Assembly: GCF_006345805.1 (NCBI RefSeq)
Contig: NC_042997.1
Location: 188,728,001 to 188,792,000 of the forward strand
Reading direction: 5' to 3'
Origin: Octopus sinensis
Taxonomy: Eukaryota
Length of the DNA stretch: 64,000 bases
Shown: piece by piece, positions 26,075 to 38,975 of the stretch
How positions within the stretch are numbered: position 1 is the first letter of the stretch
Layout: each line of letters begins with the position of its first letter
Made by a program: the position numbers and the translations under genes
The notes under the pieces: model-generated
Told to the model about the DNA's origin: nothing
The model's database searches: none
What the model saw: the letters and a program-made list of their open reading frames with translations, nothing else

Positions 26075-26111
<37 letters not shown>

Positions 26112-26672
26112 CATGCATGTTTGCACACATGTGCACAGGTGTTGGTGGTGCAGCAGTAGCAGCAAATGAGACTACTAAAAAACAGAAGCTTTGGGTATAA
26201 TAAAACGAAATAAATAAATTATCTAGAACTGAACCACATACTGTTTGGTGACAACTAAGTGTGCAGATCACTACAATTCGTGTAGCAACCCCCCTTTTCT
26301 TTTTTCCATTCATTCATTCATAAGATTAACCAATTAAAAATATAAAATTCTTTCTCCCTTTCTTTACCATACATCCAAACAACGACACACACACACACAC
26401 ACACAATCCTTAGATTTCTATCCAAAGAAATTATTTGCTGACCTTTATAGTTGAAGAAGAATTTACGCTTTTTTTTTTTAAGTATAAAAAAATTCTTTCT
26501 TCCTCAATGACTGAAAAATTCAAATGTTAATAATTTCACAAGATTTTCTATATGTGTGTGTGTGTGCTGCAGCATGACTGCAGCTGCAAGGCTGAAATGA
26601 GTAAAAGAATAAAAGAAATACATATATATATATATATATATATACAAATATTTTATAATTATAAATATAATT

Positions 26673-26905
26673 ATAATTAGGGTTCAGCTAATTGCTTCAC
26701 CACATACCGAATTTAGAAATAGGAGTTAAAATTCCTTTTCTACTACTGTAAGAATCTCCATGACAGTAACATACCTTTTTACGTAGGCAAAGAGAGAAAA
26801 ACAATGAATCAACACAACCAGGATTAACTACATACGCGTTTCGAGATTAAAGTGTTTAAAAATTTATTTACTTCTCTCTTCAGTGTAGTATTTAATTTAA
26901 AATTA
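26673..26905 (-). mobile_element. Short microsatellite-flanked element carrying the canonical hammerhead; probable Penelope-like pLTR remnant or non-autonomous PLE
   Basis: About 230 bp of unique sequence between (TA)n and (TG)n(TA)n tracts, containing the hammerhead. PLE assignment is inferred from the ribozyme type. Confidence 0.45.
26827..26889 (-). ncRNA. Minimal type I hammerhead ribozyme (Penelope-like-element style)
   Basis: actaca CTGAAGA gag-[28 nt AT-rich]-ctc GAAA cgcg TA tgtagt. Features: intact CUGAnGA/GAAA core, perfect 6-bp stem I, self-complementary ACGCGU stem III, GUA cleavage triplet. Confidence 0.7.
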
Positions 26906-26911
26906 TATGTA

Positions 26912-26949
<38 letters not shown>

Positions 26950-27135
26950 GTTGAAATTTACAGAAAACAAAAAACGAAGACAGGTGTATAAACAACAAGG
27001 AGGTGTATTAGTTTGATGCTCAGGAAGGTGAGAATTTTCCGTTTCAAGCCTACGCACTTCAACAGAAAGGAACAAGAGAAAATAAGAAGAGAGAAAATAA
27101 AAAAAAAACTTATGGATTTAGCGGATGTTTCCTGG
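26950..27135 (-). mobile_element. Variant-hammerhead element, subfamily 1 (degenerate copy)
   Basis: Homologous to 61270-61456. Motif ctttCTGTTGAA gtgc gtag gctt GAAA CG GA, followed by the shared ttcctgagc..aactaatac..cacctgtcttcgt block. Confidence 0.55.
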
Positions 27136-27466
27136 GGCTAAATAGCAATAGCATTCATCCTAACCAGGACTGCCATGATATGCTGGCAAATAAACTTTAC
27201 TCTAGAGGACTGTTACAGAATGTTGCTCGTTAAGAGATTAACAAAGAGAAATTTTCTATTTGATATATTATGCAAAAGTGTTGTAAATCCAAAGCGTTGC
27301 TTTTTCAGAAAATGAAAAATTTGTTTCACCATTCCATTCTTTTTACTTTAGCAACAGTTTCAGATTAACAATAACACTTTGTTGGGTGTATAAAATCATA
27401 ACTCTATGCATGTACGATATTTTCAGTCAGAAATATTTTTGCAAAACTGTTGTATGTGGGACTTAC

Positions 27467-27559
27467 TACACTTTCGAAAAATGCTCAACCGTTGTATTAC
27501 ACTTTGACAATTTTCATCTGAAGCAGCTGGAGATATAATAGTTTGACCAACAGAACCGG
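27467..27559 (-). CDS. Candidate internal coding exon (93 nt, phase 1-1): (T)GSVGQTIISPAASDENCQSVIQRLSIFRKC
   Basis: Minus strand reads taattttgcttgcaatag | 93-nt open frame | gtaagt. It joins in frame to the 39934-40089 exon and retains CpGs. An alternative in-frame acceptor (atctccag) exists further in. Confidence 0.55.
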
Positions 27560-27713
27560 CTATTGCAAGCAAAATTAAATATTGAAAAAGGCGCATTTGA
27601 CCAAATTTGGACACATGACAGTTACACATAATAGCAATGATACACACACATACACACATATATATATACACACACATACACATATATATATATATACACA
27701 CACACACATAGAT

Positions 27714-27889
27714 GCAGGAGTGGCTGTGTGGTAAGAAACTTGCTTCCCAACCACATGGTTCTGGGTTCAGCCTCCCTGCATGGCACCTTTGGCAAGTGTC
27801 TTCTACTATAACCTCAGGCCAATCAAAGCCTTGTCAGTGGATCTGGTAGACAGAAACTGAAAGAAGCCTGTCGTGTGTGTGTGTATATG

Positions 27890-27936
<47 letters not shown>

Positions 27937-28144
27937 TTATATGCATTTGTGTGTCTGTGTTTGTTTCCCCACCATCGCTTGACAGCCAATGTTGGTGTGT
28001 TCTCATGTCCCTTAACTTAGCGGCTTGGCAAAAGCGACCAATAGACTAAATACTAGGCTTACAAAGACTAAATCCTGTGGTCAATTTGTTCAACTAAAAG
28101 GTGGTGTTCCAGCATGGCCACAGTCAAATGACTGAAGCAAGAAA
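27714..28144 (+). mobile_element. SINE family B, full copy
   Basis: gcaggagtggctgtgtggtaag head, (TG)(TA)(TG) core, tail to actgaagcaa. Confidence 0.9.
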
Positions 28145-28719
28145 GTAACAAAGATGTCCAGGTATTAGTGCATTATGGCCGTTTCAAGCAGCTCCATTTA
28201 ATCGATCAATGCAAGCATTACATCAATTTGCAATAACCCACTTTCCTTGGATGCGTAAGACCATATAGGTGTTCAACATTCAGGATACTTCATTATAATT
28301 TTTTAGCAAATTTTCATCAAAACTAGAGAATACAAGAATTACATGCTTATTGCTATTATTGTAGCAGAATGAACTTAGGGAGAAAGTACCCAAAGCCTAC
28401 TATAATTTGGAGTGGCAGAAGATAACAATGGAGGTCTCAAGATATGGTAATATAGCTACATTTAGTTTTCCCCTTATCACAATCAAAAGATCCACTGCTA
28501 CAATAATAGCAATAGGCATGTAATTCTTTTATTCTCTAGTTCTGATGAAAAATTTGCTAAAAAAATTATAATGGAGTATCTTGTATGCTGAAAACCTATA
28601 TGGTCTCATGCACCTGGGGAAAGCAAGTTATTTCAAATTGATGTAATGCATGTATTGATTGATTAAATGGAGCCGCTTGAAACGGCCATTGTGCATTAAT
28701 ACCTGGACATCTTTGTTAC
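28145..28719. mobile_element. Foldback/MITE with ~223-bp inverted arms and 127-bp spacer
   Basis: 28145-28367 aligns with the reverse complement of 28495-28719. Confidence 0.85.
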
Positions 28720-29004
28720 AGCTGTAGAAACAATTACAAATCTCATCTGAATTGAAGAAGACATATCAGATATTTTATTTCAAATTTAATTCAAATATAA
28801 CTTTTTTTAAAAATGCATTTTGAATGTGTGTATATATACATCATGAAGCCCAGTTACAACTACAGCCGGCTATTACCAGTAAAGGTTTTAGTTGCCAATT
28901 TTGTACAAGACATTGTAGATCTTTAAAAAAAGTCACATTCGATCACAGCACCAGTAACAGTTAAGCTTCGTGCAATGGCCATACTCAATAACGAGGGGGC
29001 AGCC

Positions 29005-29043
<39 letters not shown>

Positions 29044-29504
29044 CCGCGGCCTGACCTGGATTTATTCCAACAGACCTTTTTGTCGGCCCCCACCAACCCC
29101 CGATTTCAACGTACATTGATAAACATTTTACCCATGGGCTCTTAAGGAGCGTCCTCGTTCGAATTGCTCTGCTGCGCCTTTGTTTTGTTTTGTTCTGACA
29201 ACGTAATTCCTGGTTTTTCCTGAAGAGAAAGCTGCAATATGGTATCCTTATTTAATCAGAATTTGGAAAATTGTGGCCTTTGAAACATGTGTAGAATGTA
29301 ATAAAAGGAATTCTGTACAATCTTCGTTCAACTCCATTTCTTCCATTCACTAATTATATTAAACTTCAATTATCCGCGCCAACGCACGGTTGCAACACCA
29401 TATGGTCATATCTCCAACCGTGTTTTTTCTGCTGTGATTTTTGCTACCCAGGTATCGGTTAAATTTTTGAATAATCCGTAACAAGATAATTCATCTTTCC
29501 ATTT

Positions 29505-29546
<42 letters not shown>

Positions 29547-29550
<4 letters not shown>

Positions 29551-29735
29551 AATCCAAACATGAACAAACAAGAAAAAACAACAACGCAAGGACGTGGAAT
29601 AAGTACAGTGTTATTGAACGCTCAGGAAAGGAAAGAAGAGAAAGGATCTCACGTTTCAAGCAGAGCTCTTCGTCAGAAATATAGAAAAAGTCCAAAGAAG
29701 GGAAGATGGAGAAAGAAAATCGCCAACGGTCACAT
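29547..29735 (-). mobile_element. Variant-hammerhead element, subfamily 2
   Basis: Motif attt CTGACGAA gagc tct gctt GAAA CG TG agat. Flanked by (TA)n on both sides and homologous to 59044-59234. Confidence 0.6.
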
Positions 29736-29741
29736 ATTAAA

Positions 29742-29834
<93 letters not shown>

Positions 29835-32800
29835 ACATGAAGAAAAGTAAATTTTTATTTCTATTATCACAAGGTTTAAAATATGAATATATAACTAAAA
29901 AGGAAAAAAAAATGAAGTCAGAATAAAGAAAGTAATTCAGGATTGAAATCTTTTCCTATAGTTTAACACTATTTCTTATTTGGGTAGATTGTTGCAAAAA
30001 GGCAGCAAAACAAATAATTCTTAGAGTAGTTCATATACTTCAGCCTTCTTTCTGCTTTTCTGCTTGCAGAACTCTGTACTATCTCTCAACTCTGACTACC
30101 ATCTAGATCCAATCTCCAACTATCTACATCCAATCTCCAGCTTCAATTATTTGTCTGTATTCCTATTACATGTTCACACCATTAGAGTTTCATCACACCA
30201 CAATCAACATTGTTCTACCTCCTTAAATTACATGGTTATTGTAAGGAGATTGACTGATACACTGATAATAATCACACAACTAAAGCCTTCAAAGTCATTA
30301 CAAATGCTAAGTATCACAAAATATGATATTGCCAAAGCTGCATAACAAAATTCAGGATTCCTCTTTAGGGCTAGGAAATCTCAATCCTTCGCAACTCAGT
30401 CTGCTGCTACACAATACACCTGTACCCTAGATAGCATCCAAAAGTAAGCTTTTTAACTGATTAGAAAAATTTCATTCACCTACACACTTCAACAACTGGC
30501 TTGCAGATGTTCAGCTCTTTCTATTTGCCTCTTCCAGTACTTCAATGATCTCTACTTTTCTGAAATAACAACACCATATTCTTTCTATATTTTTCCCACT
30601 CATCACCCTCCTGTATTTCACCTCCTACACTCAATATTAAATGCTGTGCAGTCTTTCTTTCCCGTAACTGTAACCATTCTGAATCCCCTCTTGTCCACAG
30701 ATTTACAAAATAACAGAGATTTTTAAAGTAACATCAACTGCATCAATTCCACCAGGGAAGGCCTGAAAATGGTTGTAGCCATTGTGTACCTATCGTGACT
30801 AACTTCTGTTGTAAAATATTTTTGAATATAATTCCAAATATGAAATAATAACTTTCAGTAGCTCTCCTTCCTAGCTATTCTCGAAAAAAAAAAAGAAGTC
30901 ACAGAAGTTAATTCTACCTTAGCTACATTCAAAATTAATTATGTAAGCCCGTTCACAATTCATCAATAAGAAAATACCAAGATAGAAAAGATCAGATCCT
31001 TGTCCATGGCCAGAGATAGAATATAAGATCACAGTGCAGAAGCCAAGAAAGTAACATCATGGACGAGACACTATAGAAACATTTGTTTAAATGTAACAAT
31101 GTGAATTTAAAAAAGACAATTGATGTTGCTCTTGCTGATTAACTAAACTAAGTAATGAACTATATGAATCCAAGGTTCACAAAAATAGCTTTCAGTGCCC
31201 AAACTTTTCATTTAATATGATAAAGGAAATGACGAAATAATTATTGTGAAAAATTACTGAAGCTAAAAATATGAAAACAGCATGGAATTAATCACTAATT
31301 AACATACAGGCTCTTCTATACAACAAAGACCCATCAAGTACATTGTGATGGTGGAGGCAGAGGTAGAAATCCAATACTAAGCTAGCAATGAAATGTATCT
31401 ATATATATATATATAAGCAGTAGTAATATTCAAGACAAAATAACAAAATGGCTTCCATTCAAGTGTATTTAACTGTCCTAGAAGACAGATTGTGCAAGTA
31501 AATCTAATGACTTATAACAAGGAATCACAAGGTAGATAAATTGTTACCTAGAGAACAATCAATACTAGAGAGAGCTCAGTAACAAGACTCTGAAGTCGTT
31601 TGAATAAATTCAAATAACTTGTTGCAACTGATAACAAAAGTGGTATAATGTATGGTGTATGTGTAAAAAGTGTTATTCTACAAAGCTTGTTCAAATAGGG
31701 AAAAAGAAAAGAAAAAAGACAGTGAATTCTTAATTTTTTGCTATTTTAAGATATTAAATCAAGAGGGAATGGAAATGTGTGCAACATATGTTAGCAAAAT
31801 AGAATGCATATGGAAAAAAGCTTAAGAATGAACTGTATTAAGCCTTCTCATAAAAAAAAATGAGGTTGGTGTTAAAGAATGAATAGTCAGTAGTCTTACT
31901 ATATATTTCATAATGGATTTAATAATAATTTATCCCCAAAACTTAAAGGGAAAGGAAAATATAATGATTATTAGGTTGAACTCTTTACTAGTGTTAATAA
32001 TACAGATTAAAATGTTGGAGAAGATAATAAAAGATAAGATCAAGTAAACAACTTGCCAAAAACATGAAAACAATACAATATAACTATAAAAAAGAAATAA
32101 AGCTTCTAAAATGTTAAGCTATGCTGGCACTTAATTATAAAAATTAACACATTTAATTGCTAAGCTCTAGCCTATCAAAAGAATATAAAGGATATGTAAA
32201 CAAGCTATCAACTATCTTGCAGCTCAGTATTTCTAAGCTTTCTCATTCATAAAAATATATTAACTATTTTTAAAACACTCTTTCCTTACTACCATTCATG
32301 TTGTGTAATGAAGTAGCTTTCAGTGATGTATTATCACGGTTGGTAAACTTTTGAAATTATTTTACATGACTGTTATATGCACAACCAATCCACCTCTACA
32401 AGAGCTAGCTCTTCCTTGTTATTTAAAGGATCTACACAAATTCTCCTCACCTATAATCTGAAGAAAACAAAATTACAGTAATTAGCTCCCACTTTGAGAT
32501 AGCATTTCAGATGGTGATCCTTAAGACAATATCAGAAGGGATATAAAGATATTACAAATTAAATCCAACCCTAATTTCAGATTACAAATGATAATTTATT
32601 CTAAGAAATAAAATTAAAAATCATCTTTATAATAAAGTATGAAGTAAATTTTCAAAGGCATGTTGAGAAATTCAAAATGTGGTCTATTGTTGAGTTATTC
32701 AAAATATAGTCCATTGTTTCCATACAATCAATTTGAAAATATGTGATTATGTGATTATTTTTGGGGATTTTTTTTATGAAAATTCTTTAAAATATCGAAA

Positions 32801-34019
32801 ATGGAATTTTAGTTACAGTAGATGAGAAAGTATAAAAATCAAATCTTAAGTAACTAAGCTTGTTTCATATACCCTTTTCAATAGCAAATATTGCAAATAT
32901 TCTATTGACTGCAAGTTAGCGAAATGTCAGCTTGTTAGCAAAGACTATATACAGTAAATATGTTCTTGAAAGTAAAAATTTTCCTATTTAATAAAGAGCA
33001 ATAAGCAGTTTTTTAAAGCAGTAAATATAAATAGAAGGCAGATTTGAAAGATAAGTCTGCTATCTGATTGGTTCATCATTTAATGAGGAAGGAGAACAAA
33101 AGAAATATATTTTGTGTGATCAACATGTGACTTGATTAAAACAAAATTTTAACACCAAATTCATTTCATTCTTGATAAAGTGATAAGAACTGTCATTAAT
33201 TTGCTTGTGTTATTCATTTTATACCTTTTTTTCAATAACAATATTGAAAAGGGAAATTTGCTGATGAGCTTGAGAAAGTATTTTTTAAAATTATTATTAA
33301 TGTTAAGTAGTTTAAATAGGACATAATTAGAAAAAAAATTAAGTAATTCTTGGTAATAAACAATTATCAAAATATGCTAACTTAAAATGAACAATTGCTA
33401 ATTATTTAGAAACTACATGCAAAATCATTTAGTTTTGTTGTTTTTTTTTGTTATTATTTTAGGTTATTTTATTGGCTCATGTCAAGGAAAAAACTAACAT
33501 GCTAGGCAGTCGAAAAGTAGCTCAGCATTTTTGTCTTTAACAATAAAAACAAAAAAGACACTCCACACACAAAGTATCAAAATCAGTGTTAAAAAAACCA
33601 TAGAAATTCCTAAGGCCAAATAGTAGCACATTTTACCTCCAACTCTAAAAACACAAATTTGGAATAAACTCTTTTGTCATATATGTTACTAAGTATCATT
33701 TCACAACCTAATAATACTGGGTCACAACTGATACTTTAAGAAAACCAGCAGTCTAGATCACGCAAAAACAAGGAACGCTGGCAAGCAGATTTTGTTTTAC
33801 TCAAAGTATGTGGTGGAATAGGAGGAGAATGAAGGAAGCTTGGTTTCTCATGGGAGACCTAACAAACCACTAAGTAGGAAGGCTGGTAGAATGAAGATTA
33901 ACATATTATTAAATTTTTCAGTGTTGTAAAAGAAGAATATTTATGGTAGAAAGTTCACATATGCATAAAATGAAAGACAGAGAGAGAGAGAGAGATAGAG
34001 TGATAATGTATAATGCACA

Positions 34020-34071
<52 letters not shown>

Positions 34072-35849
34072 CACTATCTTTCAAAATTTATAAGAAATGT
34101 TTGAATATACTAACTAAATATATTCCACAAGACACTGTCAATATTGGTAGTAACAACCATTATCTTAATGGTAATCAAATGATTAGAAGCTGACAAATTT
34201 GATTAGGTTTATCACTGTATCTGAATTGTTAACCAGACATGTTTCTTATTATAAAATGGCTACTAATTCCACTACAGAGGAAAGCAATTGTATTAGGAAG
34301 GGTAACCAACCATAAGAAACTTGCTACAACATAATAAAAAAGATATTAACAAAGAACACACTCCACCCTTTATTCAAAATCAAAATCCAATATTACTAGA
34401 GAAATGATGTAATACAAATATATCTTACAGAAGAGTCCATTCTCTATAACCAAGCAACTGGGAATCTATGTGTTGAAAACCTATTCTATTTCTATCAATC
34501 ACAACTAGTTTTCTAAAGAATTGCTGACATATTTTCATTCAGCTAATAGAAAATTTGTTAATTAGCTAATAGAAAATATGTTGACAATTCAGTAATAATT
34601 GATACTAGCAAATATATGTACATATACAATTATTTACTATGTCTATTTAACAATTATGCACACAAGTAATGTGTTACCATATTAGTAATTATGCAGCCTT
34701 CTTATACGCCCTAAAACTGTATTGTCACACATCCAAGAACAATATTGTTTGCTAACCACAACATTTTTGTGGCATTTTAACCATTATTAAGAACTAGTTT
34801 GCACAGCATACAGCCTGCATGAGCTTCTAGAGACTGAAAATATTTAATGGTCCATGGCCTGACAACCCATGACAAGAGCATCCAGTCATAAAGATGTAAT
34901 TAAAACCATACATAAGGTGATCTAACTAAAAACAGAACTGTGGATCTTTAGGGGGTCAATTTATGAGTATAGTTTCTTTATTTGAGACACATTATGCAAA
35001 AAACTGACAATAAGGATGTTAAGGAAGAAATCAAACCTGGCAAAAATGTCAGAAAAGGGTAAGATATCCTTTGAAGGAAGAGAAGATCTTGTTTTAGATA
35101 CAATGATCCTTCAACATATGAGTGCAAGATCACAACTCAAATCCTTCCCTTTATCCCAACCGATCACGATTTAAAATAGAAATATTTAAATCATTCCTTA
35201 CCCGAAAACTCTACATTTTTCTCAAAACAATAACATTTTATAAGAGGTTTCCAAAAGAGGTTGGATCTTTTTACTTATTAAATGTGAGTTTAGTTAAATT
35301 TCAAAAATGAATCTTACCCACTTATTTAATGGAGAACAAGAAAATAAATTGGCTAAAACAGGTTGAACGGAAATATTTTGTACAAAATCTCTTGACAGTT
35401 TAAGAGATTGACACAAAAACAGAAATTGATAGCCCAACTTAGTACTTTTAGGTTTCTTTTTTCTCATGTGGTATTTCACATCAACAAATGTAAAATATGT
35501 GGGGAAATAAAATATCCAAATAAATAAATAAAAAGGAAGAAAGAAAATTTCCTGACTCTCATACTTAAGGGCTCTTTTTACAAGCTAAAAGAAAGTATCA
35601 AGTCAGTATTTAAAAATACTTTGTGTATCTTAGCCAGCTAAGTAGGTTAGTGTTTAGCTTTAGTTTATGAATGGATATGTAGAAGAGAAAGATATTTCTC
35701 AAAAACAATACTAATCTATATCAACTTAAATCCTTAAAGTCAGAGCTATTCCTAGATGGATATGGAGCTTGGAGAAACTCAATTACTGTGTCTTACACAC
35801 ACAACATACACACACACATACTCTCTCTCTCTCTCTCTCTCTCTCTCAT

Positions 35850-35886
<37 letters not shown>

Positions 35887-36059
35887 TATGCACATATGCA
35901 CACTCAATTTTTACTCTCATAAAGACAGATAGGAACTCAGTGGAAGCTTGGTAAACATGATAATAAGGTTTACCTTACTCCAAAGCAGGTCTTAAGTATG
36001 CAACAATTGTGTTGAGATATGAACCAATAGCCATGAAATTCATCTACAACCAGTTTTAA

Positions 36060-36277
36060 CCCTTTAGTGTTCAGATTATTCTATCAACATAATGCTTATT
36101 GATTCACATTGATTTGAATTAATCATGCATTATCTCATATCTTTAAGATCTTGATGGTGTAATTACTTAATGTAGAATAACATTGTAGGGTTGGTGTGAG
36201 AGCCTGGATCTGGTCAGTTTGAACATAAAACAGATTAAATATTTTGGCCGGATATGGCCGGTTTAAATACTAAAGGG
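36060..36277 (+). mobile_element. piggyBac-type MITE family 1
   Basis: TTAA-CCCTTTAGTGTT...AATACTAAAGGG-TTA. Confidence 0.8.
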
Positions 36278-36549
36278 TTACGGCAGTATTCAGCAAGAAA
36301 ACCATGTAGAACTGGAGGAAATTAGATTTGGTGTACTTAGTATAATGTTTTGCAAGATACTAGTGCTTGCTTTAGTCTGACATTACTAGCCAATATATAT
36401 ACACAGGTAATTAATTACGATGTCTATTTAACAATTATGCATACTAATTTACAGACTTTAATAAGTAATTAAATATAATTAATTAAACATAAACATAAAA
36501 CAAAGCTGAAACAAAAAAAAAAGAGGGCAAAAATTGTAACAGAATTTCG

Positions 36550-36770
36550 CCCTTTTGATACTAAATCACCCAAAACGCCTGATTCAATGATACAAATTTT
36601 TAAGTGATCTAAATTTTTTTTTTAAACTTTCCATTAAAACTGCAGGTTTACTTGTTGCTTCAAACACCAGTTTTAATTATAACAAAGTTGTTTTACTAAA
36701 TTCTTCAATATTCTCAAAATTATTTGAAACAAAGTCTGTGTATTTCAACAGAAATATGAAAACAAAAATG
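36550..36770 (+). mobile_element. piggyBac-type MITE family 2
   Basis: cccttttgata... terminus; shares ctaaattcttcaatatt...ttgaaacaaag...tttcaa.agaaatat with the reverse complement of 54585-54801. Confidence 0.6.
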
Positions 36771-37468
36771 TTAACCTTTTCTTTCTTTCTAATCTGGAAA
36801 ATCACTAACAGAAAATGAATGTTCAGACAAAATTGTAACACAGGGGTTAATTGCAGATTGTTAGTGTTGTCATAACTACTCAGAGTACAAATCTTACCAA
36901 GATTTTACTTTCATTGTATTTGACTATGCTGGTGAGCACACAATAATTAACAACTACTATTTTACATGTTAGTATGTCAGCATGCATATCACATGTTACC
37001 ATGAAAAACAAGATTGTATCACTGGTACCTCACCCTCTAAAAGATTTCTTGTCATGCTCACTACCAAGATTCTGGAAGAAATCAATCACTACAACTATCT
37101 TGGCACTACCTTCACTTCCACAAGCTAAGATTAAAACAAGAAGAAAAAAAAGGATGAGTGCTGTACAATTCTTTGAGGCCAGCTTTGGTCTAGATGAGAG
37201 GTCTATATTGTCACAAAATCCATGCTTTAGATTTTATGTCAGACTATAAATCTCAGTGTTTATTGCCAGATTGATTCCCTTCAACAGCTCTTTCTCAAAA
37301 AGCAACAATATTTATTTGGTCACACATTGTATCATCTACAGAGTGAGATCACTCACAATGCAGTCATGTCACAGCCCTTCCCAGAGTAGTGTAAACAGTG
37401 AGGTGGACATCTGAAAATGTAGATTAAGTTGGATCTTGAATTGATATTTGGTCCTTACATATTTGGCG

Positions 37469-37750
37469 TCATCATTATCATCATTTAATGTCCATTGTCC
37501 ATGTTGGCATGGGTTAGACAGTTTGACCAGAGCTAACAAGCTGGGGCTGCACTAGACTTCAGTTTGATTTGGCATGGTTTCTATGACTGGATGCTCTTCC
37601 TAACACCAACCACTTTACAGAGTGTGTTGGGCACTTTTACATGGCACTGCACAGGCACTTTTACATGACACTACATAGGTGCTTTTATGTGACACTGCAC
37701 AAGCACTTTTACGTGGTGGTACTACTACAAGTGCTTTTTGCATGTCACCG
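37469..37750 (-). mobile_element. RTE 3' UTR fragment with ~22-bp tandem repeats
   Basis: (GAT)n tail, ctggatgc.cttcctaacaccaaccac block, about 5 copies of gcacttttacatggcactgcac. Confidence 0.8.
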
Positions 37751-38443
37751 TTGACAATCTTTGAATCAGACATCTGCAACTACCAAGTGTCGTTAGTTTC
37801 CACCTGTGGTGCTGCAGATTTACTGGTTTAATGATCAAGCTGTTAATTAACAGTAACAATTTGATCATTAAGGGGAGTGCCTACTATTAGTTAAACAGAC
37901 CAAAACAAGCTGTGTAATGAAGTATATTTAAAGATAACATGCAATAGCTGTAGCTGAACCTGAATGCCTGATGTCTGATCTTAATGTCAGTCATCATGCT
38001 TCCATATTTAATAATATTACAATATTTAATGGTTTCTCTTGTGTATGGGAGGAGGAAGTTTAATCAAGAAGAACAGCAATATCCATGAACTTCTGTAGCA
38101 CCTCCAGGACAAATGGGAAAATGTACTTCTAAGTGACAAAGCAATCACAACACACAGATTACATTCAAGCAGGAGACCTAACACAATGAAGGCACTTAAC
38201 TGCATCCAACAGATTCCACGCAGTTTCTGTCTACTCATTTGCATTTTCAAAGCTTGGATCAACCCAAGTTTTCATAGCAAACTTGCTCAAGGTGTCATGC
38301 ACTATTCTTCATGCACAAACTATTAATCTGAGGTTCAGATTATTTATTTCTTCTGCACAAGCATTTAGGAGTAAAATATATTTGTTGTAAGAATGGCTCA
38401 CTTTATATATATACTCATATATATACACACACACACACACACA

Positions 38444-38975
38444 CTTTGGTTTTCTTCAGACAAGAAAAATTTCTGCCAGGATCAAATGGTGAACACACAG
38501 AACAACTTTTGGCTTGTCATGTCCCCAAAACATGTACCAAGAGTGATAAAAATCAAACATCCAGTCAACATTATGATGTTTGGAGTGATCACTAGTGATG
38601 GCAATGTTATGCCTCCATTCATCTTTCCACACAGCCTCAGACTCAACACGGAGGCATACATCAAGTGCCTGGAGGAGGTAGTGCTGATCTGGCTCAAAAG
38701 GGTGGCTGCTGAAAGACCCTATGTCTGGCAACAGGACTCTGCAGCATGCCATACAAGCAGGAGAACGCAGTCATGGCTGTCAGGCAATTTCTGCAATCAC
38801 ATTATCCCTAACATCTGGCCACCTAACTCCCCAGACTGCAACCCCCTTGATTATTATGTGTGGGGCGCACTTTAACAAGACCAACAAAAACTCCTTGTAA
38901 CACCAAAGTTGAACTGAAGGCAAGGATTATGACAGCATTCACCAACTTAAACAAGGTGACCATCCAGAGTTGCAA
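38444..38975 (+). pseudogene. Tc1/mariner-superfamily transposase fragment, DD37D (maT/Bmmar1-like), 5'-truncated and frameshifted
   Basis: FSSDKKNF...WQQDSAACH-x-WPPNSPDCNPLDYYVWG, with 37 residues between the 2nd and 3rd D. A stop/frameshift near 38873 is followed by TKTPCNTKVELKARI in another frame. Confidence 0.9.

Noticed and set aside
27445-27559. Assignment of the candidate gene to aldehyde dehydrogenases from FTGSVG
   Set aside because: Only 4-6 residues match and the preceding exon lacks the ALDH context.
29040-29510. CpG-rich unique segment between (TA)n tracts, possibly a young DNA transposon fragment
   Set aside because: No TIR, TSD or recognisable protein motif found by eye.
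37630-37750. Regularly spaced repeats resembling a CRISPR array
   Set aside because: Direct tandem units without unique spacers, inside a eukaryotic LINE 3' UTR.
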